Part shown: positions 1 to 12,437 of the stretch, one piece after another
Layout: every line of letters begins with the position of its first letter
How positions within the stretch are numbered: position 1 is the first letter of the stretch
From: Octopus sinensis
Lineage: Eukaryota
Length of the DNA: 64,000 nucleotides
Direction: 5' to 3'
NCBI RefSeq assembly: GCF_006345805.1
Contig: NC_043007.1
Location: 40,176,001-40,240,000 of the forward strand
Made by a program: the position numbers and the translations under genes
The notes under the pieces: generated by a model
Database searches by the model: none
Seen by the model: only the letters and a program-made list of their open reading frames with translations
What the model was told of the DNA's origin: nothing

Positions 1-345
1 TCACTATCGACATTTTTCAGCCATCTTGGAAACGTCTGAACAACTCGTACACTTGTGTGCAGCTCATACACTCCTCTCCATACACTTTCTGCAACTTTGC
101 GTAGGCCTCTGAGCAGGTATTGCGATGAAAACTTTCCCTGTTATAGTTAATGCGACGATCACATGCAACACACGTTCCACCCAAGCACTGCTGTAAACAG
201 CGGAAGTGAGCTAGAACGTTAAAGCTTAGTGTGCATGCCAAGCAGAGTCTAAGGTCAATCTGTGCCAAGCGGCTTTATTCTGCGTGCATAGCTTCGTTAT
301 TATGGCAACAGTCCGGATACTTATTGATCAGACCTCGTATATGTA
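1..345 (-). mobile_element. mariner transposon 5' fragment (TIR + degenerate transposase N-terminus)
   Basis: Terminal TACGAGGTCTGATCAATAAGTATCCGGAC at about 311-339. ORF 17-268 ends with an HTH-like YAKLQKVYGEECMSCTQVYELFRRFQDG. Confidence 0.8.
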
Positions 346-382
346 CACACACACACATAATTACTATGAAGTATTGTGTAGA

Positions 383-625
383 ATATATAGAATAAAGGAT
401 CGTGGATAAGGGCAGAATAATGCGAAGCAAATGCAAGGCAAATCACAAGGTTTAATGTAGACTTATCTTACATTCAATATTTCGGGGTTATGACCCCATT
501 TTCAAGAAATTAACGACTACATGCAAGTTAAGTCTACAGTAATTCATATATTTGTTTTCTTGAGATTTGCATTGCATTTACTTCGCATTGTTCTGGCCTT
601 ACCCACGATCCTTTATACAATATAT
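383..625. repeat. fold-back element with about 60-bp inverted arms
   Basis: ATAAAGGATCGTGGATAAGGGCAGAATAATGCGAAGCAAATGCAAGGCAAATCACAAG is mirrored at about 559-615. Inner IR TGTAGACTTA/TAAGTCTACA. Confidence 0.8.
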
Positions 626-626
626 A

Positions 627-1140
627 TAGCGTAATTCCTCGAGTATAATCCGAATTTCCCCCCAAATTTAAAGGTCAAAATCCCTAGTGCGTGTTATACA
701 CGAGGTTAAAAATGAAAATTATTTTCTAAGCAGTGTTCAATTCTCTATTTGCTGGCCGGCAATGTTTATTCAGACGCAGTTTGAGATGTCGGGCGCGAAA
801 ATACCTTAAGCTAAGCCTGAAAGCAATGAAGTCATAAAAGAATCATCCATAACTTGCAGTAAGCAACATTTATTAAACGTTATTACTGTTATTTCTTTAT
901 TTTCTGCAAACAAATTGCACAAAAATGCTACACATTTGCATTATGTTATATATATAATAATAATAAAGGACGTTACCGTATACATTTTTACAAACCAAGG
1001 ACGTTATACAGACCTCCTTGACTCAAGTTAGAGAAGGGGTGCGTATTATACACAAGGTTTAGGTTTTTCAGAGGTACAGCCCCCTAAAAATCCTCTGCGT
1101 ATTATACTCAAGGGCGGACTATACTCGAGGATTTACGGTA
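627..1140. mobile_element. Tc1/mariner-superfamily (pogo/Tigger-like) MITE
   Basis: About 21-bp TIRs TAGCGTAATTCCTCGAGTATA / TATACTCGAGGATTTACGGTA in a TA context. Confidence 0.75.
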
Positions 1141-1353
1141 TATCAATGTGATATGCAATAACCACTCCAAATAACTGTATTTATTTGCATATTATGAACA
1201 GTTAAGAAATCTGCGTCTTTCAGTACACATTTAAATATCTGAAAATGTTTCCAGGGTTTTGCTTTGGAATATCTGTCACTCGAACGGTAAATCATGTTGA
1301 AATAAGCGTTTTTGATTCATTTAAATTATATATCAGTCTTAAAAGTACATATA

Positions 1354-1720
1354 GGCGCAGGAGTGGCTATATAGGCGCAGGAGTGGCTGTGTGGTAAGTA
1401 GCTTGCTAACCAACCACATGGTTCCGGGTTCAGTCCCACTGCGTGGCACCTTGGACAAGTGTCTCCTACTATAGCTTCGGGCCGAACAATGCCTTGTGAG
1501 TGGATTTGGTAGACGGAAACTGAAAGAAGCCTGTCGTATATATGTATATGTGTGTGTATGTGTTTGTCCCCCTGGTGTGTTTACGTCCCCGTCACTTAGC
1601 GGTTCGGCAAAAGAGACCGATAGAATAAGTACTGGGCTTACAAAGAATAAGTCCCGGGTTCGATTTGCTCGACTAAAAGGCTAAATGACTGAAACAAGTA
1701 AAAGAGAGAAAAAAAGAGAG
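1354..1720 (+). mobile_element. tRNA-derived SINE family A (head GGCGCAGGAGTGGCTGTGTGGT, internal microsatellite, AAAAGAGT tail)
   Basis: A-box/B-box-like head (TGGCTGTGTGGT...GGTTCAGTCCC). More than ten near-identical copies in the window. Confidence 0.85.
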
Positions 1721-2066
1721 AAAGACATCAAATATCAATTGAGTGTCCCTAAACAGAGAGACTGGCCGCGTTACAGGGGAACGAATCTCCCAGGGTACTC
1801 AGCTCCAGTTCTTACATTTATAAATATCAGTTATGAAGTCAGAGGAGTGTTTCAAGTTTGAGAATGTCAAATTGTGGTATTTTGTTGAATTCTCATCAGA
1901 GTTTTTTCTATTTCATTGTGCCAAATATATATATAAATATATATGTGTTTGTGTGCGTGCGTGCGTGTGTGTGTGTGTACATGTGTGTGCGTGCATGAGT
2001 GTACGTGTTTGTGTGTGTATACCAATATATGTATATGTATATGTTTCATACACAGACACATGTACG

Positions 2067-2472
2067 GATGTGTGGTAAGTAGCTTGCTTACCAACCACAT
2101 TATTCCGGGTTCATTCCCACTGCATGGCACTTTGGGTTAGTGTCATCTACTATAGCCTCGGGCCGACCAAAGCCTTGTGAGTGGATTTAGTAGACGGAAA
2201 CTGAAAGAAGCCCGTCGTATATATGTATATATATATTTGTATGTATGTGTGTGTATATCTTTGTGTGTCTGTGTTTGTCCCCCCCTCAACATCGCTTGAC
2301 ACCCGATCCTGGTGTGTTTACGTCCCCGTCACTTAGCGATTCGGCAAAGGAGACCTATAGAATAAGTACTAGGTTTCCAAAGAATAAGTCCTGGGGTCGA
2401 TTTCCTCGACTAAAGGCGGTGCTCCAGCATGGTCACAGTCAAATAACTGAAGCAAGTAAAAGAGTAAAAGAA
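2067..2472 (+). mobile_element. SINE family A copy (head truncated)
   Basis: Colinear with the other copies. Confidence 0.85.
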
Positions 2473-2639
2473 TATATAGGTGTATACGTTTATGTATGTA
2501 TACATTCATACGTATACACATTTATCAATCTATCTGTCTATTTGTCTGAATGTTCGTCTGTCTATCTGTCTATCTAACTAGGGTGCTATATGCGCGCGCA
2601 CGCGTCTGTATGTACGTTACAAGATTCATTCCAGAAGTC

Positions 2640-2985
2640 TTGAGACTTTTGCAGGAAACATTCATATCAAAAAAGAACAAAACTCTGATCTCCTTCAAAG
2701 TAAGATCCTCTCACTGCAGCACTTGTAGTGTTCCAGCCACTTCATTAAGACACCATCGAAGTCTTCCAAACTTGAAGGTCACCAGGGCCCTCGTCACAGT
2801 CTCTTTCGTCTCCTTTAGCTTGGAGAGCAATTAAAAGTCACCGGAAGCAGGGCGTGGACTGTAGGGAAAGAGAAGGACAGTTTCGAGACCCATTTCTGTG
2901 AAGATGGTGTTGTGGACTAGTGCATTGTCCCGACGCAGGGGCTCTGGCTTTTTGCGATGAAACCACTTTCAAAATTTCCACAAAG
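2640..2985 (-). mobile_element. mariner transposase C-terminal remnant
   Basis: The minus strand reads, with frameshifts, DNA..H...FPYSP...DF.LLSKLKE...KWLEHY.KC...GSYFEGD, the mariner catalytic and C-terminal motifs. Confidence 0.75.
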
Positions 2986-2987
2986 TA

Positions 2988-3170
2988 GGCGTAGGAGTGG
3001 CTGTGTGGTAAGTAGCTTGCTAACCAACCACATGGTTCCGGGTTCAGTCCCATTGCGTGGCACCTTGGGCAAGTGTCTTCTACTATAGCCTCGGGCCGAC
3101 CAAAGCCTTGTGAGTGGATTTGGTAGACGGAAACTGAAAGAAGACCGTCGTATATACGTATATATATATG

Positions 3171-3207
<37 letters not shown>

Positions 3208-3440
3208 GCATGTGTGTGTGTGTGTTTGTATATGCTTCGGTGTCTGTGTTTGTCCCGCCAACATCGCTTGACAACTGATGCTGGTGTGTTTGCGTCCCCG
3301 TAACTTAGCGGTTCGGCAACAGAGACCGATAGAATAAGTACTAGGCTTACAAAGAATAAGTCCTGGGGTCGATTTGCTCGACTAAAGGCGGTGCTCCAGC
3401 ATGGCCACAGTCAAATGACTGAATCAAGTAAAAAAAAAAC
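2988..3440 (+). mobile_element. SINE family A copy
   Basis: Full head-to-tail match. Confidence 0.85.
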
Positions 3441-4201
3441 GTATTCTTTGTTGGACGCCTGGCTACAGGAAACCCAGTGGATGTACATGAAGTACTTGCT
3501 GTCAAAACATGGTACTCATTTTGAGTTTCCTGGTGGACTTGCCTTTCCTGGTTTCTTATACCAGCGAAAACCAGACGATCAGCTCATACAAATAAATCCA
3601 TAAGCTGTTTGGAGTATTTCCTGAGTTTCTGTAGCGTTTTCCCCCAGTTTAGCGCAAAGTTTTATTCCGTAGCTGGCTTCCAAATTGTCTTCAAGTCCGG
3701 ACTGTATTCTGAAAACTAGTCAGCTGTGACAAGTAGTGCTTAGTAGGGTGTATTCAGAAGACTGACCTATGATCAAAAACTTTTCTGCTTTCACCAAATG
3801 TGCACCCATCTTTCAAGAGAGAAAGGTATAATTACGGAGAACGTGGATGCTATTTCTAGTTGGCGAAGCGACAATGTTGAAGCTCATTCTGTTCACTCGG
3901 AAAATACTCTGCAGTATTTAGCAGTATCGCTTCAGGTTCTGAGTTCACATCCAAGGGGGATGGAAGGCAAAGTTGCACCAAAAGCAATATTGTCTTACGT
4001 CTTGCCGGAGTTAATCTAATGTGATCTTCCCTTTATTATTATTGAAGTTACTTTGCCTTTCATCCTTTCGGGATCGATAGAATAAGTGCTAGTTGAACAC
4101 TGGGGTCGATAAAATCGGCTCATCCGCTCCCTCCAAATTACTGCCCTTGTGGAAAAATCTGAAACCATTATTATTATTATTATTATTATTATTATGTTAT
4201 T

Positions 4202-4243
<42 letters not shown>

Positions 4244-4428
4244 ATCATCACCATTGAGTGAGAGAACAGTGCAAGCCATCAACGTAACACTGGTAGTAAA
4301 ATATACGAAGCCCAGAATACCCATCATGACTATCTATCTGATAAGTTACGGGGACCGTAAACACACCACCATCGGTTATCAAGCGATGTTGGAGGGACAA
4401 GCACAGACACACAAACATGTACACACAT

Positions 4429-4472
<44 letters not shown>

Positions 4473-5461
4473 TATATGCATGTGTGTGTGTGTGTTTGTA
4501 TATGCTTCGGTGTCTGTGTTTGTCCCGCCAACATCGCTTGACAACTGATGCTGGTGTGTTTGCGTCCCCGTAACTTAGCGGTTCGGCAACAGAGACCGAT
4601 AGAATAAGTACTAGGCTTACAAAGAATAAGTCCTGGGGTCGATTTGCTCGACTAAAGGCGGTGCTCCAGCATGGCCACAGTCAAATGACTGAATCAAGTA
4701 AAAAAAAAACGTATTCTTTGTTGGACGCCTGGCTACAGGAAACCCAGTGGATGTACATGAAGTACTTGCTGTCAAAACATGGTACTCATTTTGAGTTTCC
4801 TGGTGGACTTGCCTTTCCTGGTTTCTTATACCAGCGAAAACCAGACGATCAGCTCATACAAATAAATCCATAAGCTGTTTGGAGTATTTCCTGAGTTTCT
4901 GTAGCGTTTTCCCCCAGTTTAGCGCAAAGTTTTATTCCGTAGCTGGCTTCCAAATTGTCTTCAAGTCCGGACTGTATTCTGAAAACTAGTCAGCTGTGAC
5001 AAGTAGTGCTTAGTAGGGTGTATTCAGAAGACTGACCTATGATCAAAAACTTTTCTGCTTTCACCAAATGTGCACCCATCTTTCAAGAGAGAAAGGTATA
5101 ATTACGGAGAACGTGGATGCTATTTCTAGTTGGCGAAGCGACAATGTTGAAGCTCATTCTGTTCACTCGGAAAATACTCTGCAGTATTTAGCAGTATCGC
5201 TTCAGGTTCTGAGTTCACATCCAAGGGGGATGGAAGGCAAAGTTGCACCAAAAGCAATATTGTCTTACGTCTTGCCGGAGTTAATCTAATGTGATCTTCC
5301 CTTTATTATTATTGAAGTTAACTTTGCCTTTCATCCTTTCGGGATCGATAGAATAAGTGCTAGTTGAACACTGGGGTCGATAAAATCGGCTCATCCGCTC
5401 CCTCCAAATTACTGCCCTTGTGGAAAAATCTGAAACCATTATTATTATTATTATTATTATT

Positions 5462-5514
<53 letters not shown>

Positions 5515-5715
5515 CATCACCATTGAGTGAGAGAACAGTGCAAGCCATCAACGTAACACTGGTAGTAAAATATACGAAGCCCAGAATACCCATCATGACT
5601 ATCTATCTGATAAGTTACGGGACCGTAAACACACCACCATCGGTTATCAAGCGATGTTGGAGGGACAAGCACAGACACACAAACATGTACACACATATAC
5701 ATACATATATATATA

Positions 5716-5735
<20 letters not shown>
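3196..5735. repeat. tandem duplication, two copies of about 1270 bp
   Basis: Identical ORF translations at offset 1270 (3391/4661, 3798/5068). The unit contains a SINE tail, a mariner N-terminal remnant, a Meta-type SINE piece and (AAT)(GTT) repeats. Confidence 0.92.
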
Positions 5736-5756
<21 letters not shown>

Positions 5757-5820
5757 ACAGGCTTCTTTCAGTTTCTGGTAGTTATTTTATATTTTGGATA
5801 GCGTATATTATATTTTGGAT

Positions 5821-6213
5821 AGGCGCAGGAGTGGCTGTATGGTAAGTAGCTTGCTAACCAACCACATGGTTCCGGGTTCAGTCCCACTGCGTGGCATCTT
5901 GGGCAAGTGTCTTCTGTTATAGCCCCGGGCCGACCAATGCCTTGTGAGTGGATTTGGTAGACGGAAACTGAAAGAAGCCTGTCGTATATATGTATGTGTG
6001 TGTTTGTGTGTCTGTGTTTGTCCCCCTAGCATTGCTGGACAACCGATGCTGGTGTGTTTACGTCCCCGTAACTTAGCGGTTCGGCAAAAGAGACCGATAG
6101 AATAAGTACTGGGCTTACAAATAATAAGTCCCAGGGTCGAGTTGCTCGATTAAAGGCGGCGCTCCAGCATGGCCGCAGTCAAATGACTGAAACAAGTAAA
6201 AGAGTAAAAGAGT
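5821..6213 (+). mobile_element. SINE family A copy
   Basis: Full head-to-tail match. Confidence 0.88.
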
Positions 6214-6297
6214 ATAGTGTTGAGACTCAAATATATGCAGCTTCTACGTTTTTGTTCAAATGTTTTTTGTTTCTTTATCATACCCAATACTCGTCAG

Positions 6298-6426
6298 GTG
6301 ACCTTAGCGAAAGAGGTTGTGTGGTGGACCAGGTTGAAATGGCTGGAGACAGACACTTTCTTCTTTGATCAAACCCTCATCAATTTTTTCAAGCTCGACT
6401 TTAAAAAAGAAAGTGAGGATAGAAAG
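6298..6426 (+). CDS. candidate internal exon of an unidentified plus-strand gene (VTLAKEVVWWTRLKWLETDTFFFDQTLINFFKLDFKKESEDRK)
   Basis: T-rich tract + CAG acceptor, AAG/GTAAGT donor, 129 bp open in phase 0-0. No homolog recognised and no partner exons found. Confidence 0.4.
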
Positions 6427-6782
6427 GTAAGTGTTGCCTCCCAGCAATTTTGTCAAAAGGTGGGTGAATATAGCGTGAATGGCTCGAGTGAACGGGTCTA
6501 CTCTAAGCATGCAGAGAGGAGACAGCACCTGCTGTCTCCTGGAGGTCATGGTGATCGTGATTTCGTGGGGTTTCCATGAGGAGCCCTTGGCAGTCTCCTT
6601 TTTTGGGGGATTCTACTTGTTATAACTTTTATCGTTTATCCTTTTTACACGTTCCAATTCCACCCGCTTTCTATTGTGCTGTATCATTTAAATGAACCCT
6701 CAGTGATTAATAAAGAAAATATTCTTCTTCTTCTTCTTCTTCTTCTTATTATTATTATTATTATTATCTATTATTATTATTA

Positions 6783-6837
<55 letters not shown>

Positions 6838-6839
6838 TT

Positions 6840-7215
6840 ATGTTTGACTCTTGCCTTTCATTTGTACAAGTTGGCTCCAACAGTCACCCAGAGACCCCAA
6901 GAGAAGTTCATCTTGGTGTTATGCCTAGGGTGCCATATATTTGCTTTTGTACAGAGTGTTGTTCTAGAGAATGTTTAAGAAACCATAAGAAAATTATGTG
7001 TTTATTTTAAAACTTGAGATTACATAGAAAGTATTTTGCGTAGGATATGGGCAGTTCCCATGAGCACTATTTTTTTAATTTCCAGCCATTTTGGGGTTTC
7101 CTGGTATCTGAGTTAGGTAGCAATCAACCCTTTTGTTATCATTCCCAGGGCACCTATGACAACAGGTATTGTTTTAGTCTTCAGGTTCCACATTTTGCTC
7201 ATTTCTATTTCAAGA
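6840..7215 (-). mobile_element. R4/Dong-like LINE 3' fragment
   Basis: The minus strand encodes LMGTAHILRKILSM*, the typical C-terminal motif of this clade, and runs into an (AAT)n tail. Confidence 0.65.
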
Positions 7216-8119
7216 TCTTTATATTTGCTCATTAAAATATACGAAGCCCAGTATACCCATCATGACTACCTGTCTGATAAGGGTACACCGGGTACATGCA
7301 TCACAACCATATGTACGCGACATGGTGATCTCATATCAAGATAAACAGCGCATGACCTTGCAGGTGGGGTCCAGTTAAAATTTTCTTCTGGTCGAGTAAC
7401 CCATCCCGCTCAAAAGGTCCCTGAATAAGGGTTGTTTAACGATGTTGAACGAAACACCCATGTTTCCAGAGGTGAATTATTAAAACCCACAAAGAATCCC
7501 TTTCAACACATGGCTATGATGCTCCCCCAACTACTTCTGCTCGTGATCAGAGATGCACATATCGTCAACCACTAAGGGACATGCTCAACTGGTTAAGGTC
7601 AAACAACTGACAAGCAAAACTGTGGTATTGAGCAGAATATTTGCTGTAGCTCATCTTTTATACCAAGACAAAACAATGTACATAACATTTCCAATCAGTT
7701 AAGATGAGAAGCCATGAGAGCCACAGCCTATTATTATTATCATTATCATTATTATTATTATTATCATTTTGTAAGACCGTAGGGTGTGATTTGAGTGAAA
7801 TAAGGCTACTGTTTCTTACTTGACGGCTGCAGCAACGTTCCGGCATAGGCTTCACGTTGTGTTGTCATTGTTGTTGTTGTTGTTGTTGTTTTCTTTCTTG
7901 CAATAAGAAAGGGGGAGGCATCGTGGCAACAAAGTAAGTCAATGACACAGTTTGACCAAACATCGATCGATGAACTAGGCATATCGATTAAGTGATTGCT
8001 TTAGATCACGGACACCTTTTTTCCTATTATATTCGTGTGGTGTTGGTGGGAGACGATGCAGTGATGGGAGAGGGTTAACAATATACGGGACGATTAAAGA
8101 AAGGGAAAGAATAGGTGTG

Positions 8120-8150
<31 letters not shown>

Positions 8151-8340
8151 TGTGTGTGTGTGTGTGTGTGTTGTATGTGTGTGTGTGTGTCTCGCTGAAA
8201 GGTGGGGGAAGATTGGAATATTTGAACAATATGTTGTTAATAACTTATACAGACCCATACATAATCACTTCTCTCCTCCTCCTCCTCCTCCTCCTCTCTC
8301 TCTCTCACAAATTCATATATGCATGCGTTTCTATGTATAA

Positions 8341-8378
<38 letters not shown>

Positions 8379-8961
8379 AAGCAGACATTGTTTTATGCTA
8401 TTTTTCCGTTTTTTTTGTTTTTGCTACTTTACATTATGTGTGTGTGTGAGAGAGAGAAGGGAGAGAGAGAGAGTATGTGTGTGTACATATGTGTGTGTGT
8501 GTGCGTGTGTGTGCGCGCGCGCGTCTCTGTGTGTGTGTACGTATGTGTGCGTCTGTGTGTGTGTGTGTGTGTGCACGCGTGCGCACTGACGCAGGAATGA
8601 TAATATTCTTAATTAACTGAGCCTGGAAAAAGAAAAGAGCAAGAACAAGTGGAAGCTTAGAAATAAATATTGCAGCTAAAGTTAGAAGTTGACTTTGAAT
8701 AATGCAGCGCTTGGGTGAGTTCAAACGAGGGAAAAAAAAAACTCGAAAAGTAGGGAAATGATTAACGGGAATAGGAGAGTGCCTTTGGACAGCATGTTGG
8801 CAATGTCGTTAAATCTGATGCCCTATTTTCCTTTCTTCAAAGCACTCTTTTATGTGCATCTCTAATTGAGATCACACTCAATGGTTTACGCTGAGTCTGA
8901 AGAAGATAATTAAATTTTGTGCACTTTGGAGAAGGGATGTCTCTTGGTTACGCTATATATA

Positions 8962-9186
8962 TTTCTTTACTACCCACAAGGGACTAAACACAGAGGGGAT
9001 AAACAAGGACAGACAAACGGATTAAGTCGATTACATCGACCCCAGTGCGTAACTGATACTTAATTTATCGACCCCGAAAGGATGAGAGGCAAAGTCGACC
9101 TCGGCGGAATTTGAACTCAGAACGTAACGGCAGACGAAACACGGCTACGCATTTCGCCCGGCGTGCTAACGTTTCTGCCAGCTCAT
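8962..9186 (-). mobile_element. tRNA-derived SINE family B with Meta/MESC-type central domain
   Basis: GAGGTCGACTTTGCCTCTCATCCTTTCGGGGTCGATAAATTAAGTA domain. A second full copy lies at 31290-31527 and many degenerate copies at 9.5, 20.9, 30.2, 30.7, 36.3, 39.0, 39.4 and 40.5-40.9 kb. Confidence 0.8.
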
Positions 9187-9759
9187 GCTGGTGGTGGGAG
9201 ATCTTGGTAGATGAAGTCAAAGGACCAAATGTGTTGGATTTCCAGAACTTCGTGAATATATGTTTTGAACCCTTTGTCTATAGTAGAGATAAATTTTCAT
9301 TTTATGGTAAGAAAAGGTAGACCCTAAACCCCTAAAATCTCCACACAAGTTTCTCTCTCTCTTTATTTATGAACTGATTAAGGTGGTGAGCTGGCAGAAT
9401 CGTTAGCACAAATGTGTTGAGTTATTCCATATTGCCCTCTTTATCTCGATAGCTGGGGGTATGGAATAGGAGGAGCTGAGGAACAAGCAAAACACATACA
9501 TTGATTGTGTGCGATCGATGATTTTAAATTTCGGCACAAAGCCAGTCACTTCGGGGGAGATGGTAAATCGATTATATTGACCCCAGTGTTCAACTGGTAC
9601 TTATTTTATGGAAACCGAAAGAATGAAAGCTAAGTCTGAATTTGAACCCACAACGTGAAGACGGACGAAATGCCGCTAAGCATTTTGTCCGGCGTGTTAA
9701 CTTTTCTGCCAGATCGCCGCCCTATGTGCAGTCAATAATGTATACATAATATATTCTTT

Positions 9760-9954
9760 TGTTCTTTCGCTTGTTTCAGTCATTTGACTGCGGCCAAATC
9801 GATCCCGGGACTTATTCTTTGTAAGTCTAGTACTTATTCTATTAGTATCTATTGCCGAACCGCTAAGTTACGGGGACGTAAACACACCAACACCAATTGC
9901 CAAGTGATGGTGGGGGGATAAACAGACACAAATACAAACATACATACATACATA

Positions 9955-9987
<33 letters not shown>

Positions 9988-10147
9988 CACGATGGGTTTC
10001 TTTCAATTTCCGTCTAACAAATTCATTTACATGGCTTTGGTCGGCCCAAGGCTATAGTAGAAGACACCTACCAAGGTCCCACGCAGTGGGACTGAACCCA
10101 GAACCATGTCATTGGGTAGCTACTTACCACACAGCCACTCCTGCACC
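9760..10147 (-). mobile_element. SINE family A copy
   Basis: Reverse-complement match. Confidence 0.8.
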
Positions 10148-10644
10148 TATATATATATAGTAAAGAAACAATATATATATATTTATATATATATATATAT
10201 ACGAGCAAAACGCCCTCGTCCAATGGACGGTGCTGAGTTGTCAAACATTTAAACCAAATTTTCTCAAAACAACTTGCCCGACCGTCCCATAAACCTCTCC
10301 TTTGAGAAACACTGATTTAACCTAAATTTGAGACACCAGCAAAAAAAGAAATAAAGATAGACTATTTTTCTATTCCAAAGAAAAACGATTTCCCACGGCT
10401 TTATTGATCGCATTCTCACCTGGAATCAATTTTTGTAATTTTTTCAAGACTTATACACGCCCTGATATGGTCGGTATCTACATATCAAATTTGAGCGCAA
10501 TCGGATGGAGGATGCCCGAGATCGTAGAAGCCACACACACACACACACACACACAGACAGAATGGATTTTATATAAGATATACATATATACATACATACA
10601 TATAATATATATTACATGCATACATACATATATATATACATATA

Positions 10645-10806
10645 TCATCATCATCATCATCATCATCGTTTAACGTCCGTTCTCCATGCTAGCATGGGTT
10701 GGACGGTTCGACCGGGGATCTGGAAAGCCAGTAGGCTGCACCAGGCTCCAGTCTTATCTGGCAGTGTTTCTACAGCTGGATGCCCTTCCTAACGCCAACC
10801 ACTCCG
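10645..10806 (-). mobile_element. RTE-associated short retroposon with (GAT)n tail; further copies at about 13985-14120, 14515-14870 and 28942-29110
   Basis: Repeated unit (CAT)n-CGTTTAACGTCCG...GGATGCCCTTCCTAACGCCAACCAC. Confidence 0.7.
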
Positions 10807-10823
10807 TATATATATATATATAC

Positions 10824-10854
<31 letters not shown>

Positions 10855-11015
10855 ATATATATATATACATATATATAATATATACATAATATATATATAT
10901 ACATATATATATATATACATATATATATAATATATATATATAATACATATATATATACATATATATACATATATATATACTATATACATATACATATATA
11001 TATATATACATATAC

Positions 11016-11097
<82 letters not shown>
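10807..11097. repeat. compound (TA)n/(TACA)n microsatellite
   Basis: Direct reading. It is the source of the YI-repeat ORFs. Confidence 0.95.
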
Positions 11098-11098
<1 letters not shown>

Positions 11099-11453
11099 TG
11101 GTAAAGAAACAAAGAATGAAGATGATGCTATTGTGTTTTATACTCAGTGACGGTCGTTTCAAACTATGTAAATCCATACGAAGATAAATAAAAGTTCCAC
11201 TAACCATTTCTTCTGAGTAATTTACGGAAAATAATACTGAACTAGATGCTGGTTTTCTGAACAGAAATTATTCGAATATAATTAGGAATGAAGGATAAAG
11301 AAAATAAAGCAACAGGTCGTTACGTGAACAGAAATTCACTCACATAAGGAGACTATAGAGACAGACTGTGTCATTAGTTCTCCAATGTTAAATTTGTAAC
11401 AAACAGATAAGTCTACAAGGACTGACCAGGAACAAAGAAATTTATTGTATATA

Positions 11454-11740
11454 TCTAGTATATATAAAAGTAAGGTTGTGTGTCTGTCTCCTACGATTCA
11501 GATTCCTAACTACTCCCACATTTTGCGGTGCAGTTTAACCAAAACCGGGTATCTTATAGTCGTGATTCATATCGAGCTCTTCTGGGTATTAGCGCGCGTC
11601 TACGATGAGTCTACGATTTAAAAAAAATTTACCATCATTTTTTTTCCATTTTTAATGCATTTTTTTGGCTATAACTCTCTAAAAATGCTTATATAGTTAT
11701 TTCCCTTACAAATCCGAGCAACGCCGGGCGATACTGCTAG
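11454..11740 (+). mobile_element. non-autonomous Helitron
   Basis: A|TC 5' end, subterminal hairpin CCGAGCAACGCCGGG, 3' CTAG|T. A second Helitron-like 5' end starts directly at 11741. Confidence 0.75.
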
Positions 11741-12437
11741 TCTAGTATATATAAATTACACTATGTGTGTATATTGACTAACGCATACATTTTCACAATT
11801 CTCAACTGATTTTCACCAAACTTTACACACACAAATTATTTATATCTCAAGGATGGTCATGCACTATAACATTTTGCTCAGAGCTCCCGCATAAATGGAC
11901 AAACCAGGAAAAACGGTAATTACCGGTTTTTCTCCAATTCGTTGCATATACATAGTTTTTGATCTATATTGGCATTAGAGAATTTTTTTTAGCGGTTTTC
12001 ACATTTTTTTGATTTATTATTTATTTATATGTTGTAATTATATATTATTACTTTCTGTATTTTTTATGTGTATTAGTGTGTGTTTTACTTATAGGATATT
12101 ATAAAAGTGAAAGGATTTTGTCTATTTATTTATTTCGACTGTTTCCCATACTTTTTAAATCTATATGGTCCTACATTTGCTTTACAGAATATTTTTTAGT
12201 CGTTTTCACATTTAAAAAAAATTATTAATTGCCTGCCTTACAACGCGACATCGTTTCACTGCGAACTGCTAAAGATTCAAAGCAGTATTCGTGAAATTGA
12301 GTCAAAACTTTTCATGTCTTCATTTTTCGTTACTTGAGGTCAATTTCAGAGTGGTCGTACACTGTAAGCACGTAGCAAATACATTCCTTTAACTCTACTT
12401 TTTCAAGTAGGTATTATATTGCCATTTTTGAACATAT

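Noticed and set aside
3391-4019. Duplicated ORFs MLQHGHSQ... and MCTHLSRE...
   Set aside because: They start in a SINE tail or lie antisense to a mariner remnant. They recur only because of the tandem duplication.
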